A stretch of 56,094 nt of DNA from positions 1 through 56,094 of IMG/VR virus record IMGVR_UViG_3300033145_000771; one strand, given 5' to 3'. Numbering within the stretch: position 1 is the first letter of the stretch; each line of letters begins with the position of its first letter. Below the pieces are notes generated by a model. It was given only the letters and a program-made list of their open reading frames with translations. It did not search any database and had not been told where the DNA came from. Shown here one piece after another: positions 54,785 to 56,094 of the stretch. Position numbers and translations under genes: made by a program. This DNA comes from a virus. Lineage: Duplodnaviria > Caudoviricetes.

Positions 54785-55620
54785 GGACTTATTTTCAGGA
54801 ACACCAAACCTGAATCAGTTGTATCTGTTACCCAACCAGAGTAACCAATTGCTTCATTAGTAAGTGCTCCATCATCAACTGCACATGAACCCGCAGCTGT
54901 TACATCACGTAATACGTTTGTTCCAGCAGTTAAAGCTGTCTTATTCAGGACGTTTGCTAGTCCCCATGTTTGCTGCCAATGATAATATTCAGATGTAACT
55001 GCTATAGTTGGAACTCCGACTATCATACCAGTTGGAGTCGTTACAGGAGCCTGTATAACAGCTTTATACAAATTCGTGCAGATAGTTATTCTGGAACTTG
55101 TTGTCCAAGCGGTTGACAATCCACGATCAAGTGTGAAGATTAATGCACCGGCAGCTCCACCTGTATGTGAAACAATACGATATTTTTCACCTTGACCAAT
55201 TGATGCTCCACCATCAGATATTATTAATGTCCCACCTGCAAAGAGGTTAGCTGCAATAGTGTCTGTAACTGTTGTAATAGTTACTTGTGTGGCTCCTATG
55301 GCTGCCGCTACTGGAGTTAGATCATGCTGATATGTAGTTGTACCACCTTCAGCAGCACTTTGCGATAGTTCACCCGCAGCTAAACTAGCGCCAGCGGAAG
55401 CATAACGATGTACTTCTCCATCCCATGTTACACGTCGAGTACCAAGAAGGCAATTTTGTGCAACAGATTCAGCATGCAACCCTTGAATATCGCTCTGGCC
55501 AGCTAATAATCCGCCAAAAATTAGATCATTAGTAAAACCATGTGCAAAGCCTTCCTGAATTTGCCGACCGATCATCTGCCCGATGTTGCGGTCTAGCGTT
55601 GCTAAATTTTGTCTACTCAT
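54781..55620 (-). CDS. Capsid decoration/cement-like protein
   Basis: Two genes after capsid; LGTR...DG..RYA, YHWQQTWG. Confidence 0.6.
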   Translation of the reverse strand: MSRQNLATLDRNIGQMIGRQIQEGFAHGFTNDLIFGGLLAGQSDIQGLHAESVAQNCLLGTRRVTWDGEVHRYASAGASLAAGELSQSAAEGGTTTYQHDLTPVAAAIGATQVTITTVTDTIAANLFAGGTLIISDGGASIGQGEKYRIVSHTGGAAGALIFTLDRGLSTAWTTSSRITICTNLYKAVIQAPVTTPTGMIVGVPTIAVTSEYYHWQQTWGLANVLNKTALTAGTNVLRDVTAAGSCAVDDGALTNEAIGYSGWVTDTTDSGLVFLKISP

Positions 55621-55647
55621 TTTATTTACTCCTTGTATATTGATATT

Positions 55648-56028
55648 TTACTTTTGTTTACGATTAGTCAACTTGGCGAGTTCTCGTTCGGTAGCAATCT
55701 CTTGAAGATCAGAAACACGCAGAGTCTCATAATCAATAGCGACAGCCTCTTCGACTTGGTCTTCGCCCTGATCGACTTTGTCTTTGACTTTGTCATCGTC
55801 ATCTTCAGGAGGCTCTGGACCTACAGGTGGTTGAGGCAAGATCGCAGGTCGGCCAAACTCTTCGCCTCTATCTGTCACATGTATCTGCGGATATGTAGCG
55901 AATAACTTCGCCATATTTGGGTCACTTGTAGCTCGCACTCTATCACGTTCGATAAAAATATACGAGCCCTTACCGTCTTTTAAATTTCGTGACGGGCCAT
56001 AATTTCGAATTATAAAGCGCTCTGCCAT
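55648..56028 (-). CDS. Hypothetical protein downstream of the capsid gene
   Basis: AAGGAG RBS; C-terminal LQEIATERE helix. Confidence 0.65.
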   Translation of the reverse strand: MAERFIIRNYGPSRNLKDGKGSYIFIERDRVRATSDPNMAKLFATYPQIHVTDRGEEFGRPAILPQPPVGPEPPEDDDDKVKDKVDQGEDQVEEAVAIDYETLRVSDLQEIATERELAKLTNRKQK

Positions 56029-56094
56029 TTCTAATCTCCTTACTTCTCGAATAGGTTAGGATGTGGTCAGTCTTTCCAGCAACACACATGCGTT
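55981..56094. repeat. Terminal direct repeat, identical to 1-114
   Basis: Exact copy of window start. Confidence 0.95.

Noticed and set aside
55981-56094. 114-bp terminal repeat as a biological DTR
   Set aside because: Lies mid-operon, cutting two genes; best explained as assembler overlap

Overview
Apparently complete, circularly assembled genome (~55,980 bp; bases 1-114 repeat at 55981-56094) of a siphovirus-like dsDNA phage. Minus strand: a late morphogenesis operon (small and large terminase, portal, MuF-like head protein, XkdF-like protease, scaffold, major capsid, then across the join decoration, neck, tail, tape-measure, tail-tip and holin-like genes) and a replication/recombination operon (RecT-like, PD-(D/E)XK exonuclease, SMC-like ATPase, ParB-like, SF2 helicase, TOPRIM primase, replication-initiator-like, YopX x2, C5 methyltransferase). 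A plus-strand block (12.5-18 kb) holds small genes separated by a repeated motif, a nucleotidyltransferase and a serine recombinase. Most striking: homing-type endonucleases encoded ANTISENSE inside host genes, each with an N-terminal HTH, its own sigma70-like promoter and RBS, while the host-strand frame stays open. Two lie inside inteins (MuF intein with a Vsr/DUF559-like nuclease; terminase intein 1 with an HNH) and one lies in the 5' end of a dual-frame C5 methyltransferase, whose 5' end is duplicated. Other highlights: four sequence-divergent leaders with the same A-B-A'-B'-polyU topology, a prohead protease split across two genes, a possible +1 shifty-stop frameshift in the primase, a phage acyl carrier protein and two outer-membrane beta-barrel genes. 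All calls come from manual motif reading; no database searches were run.
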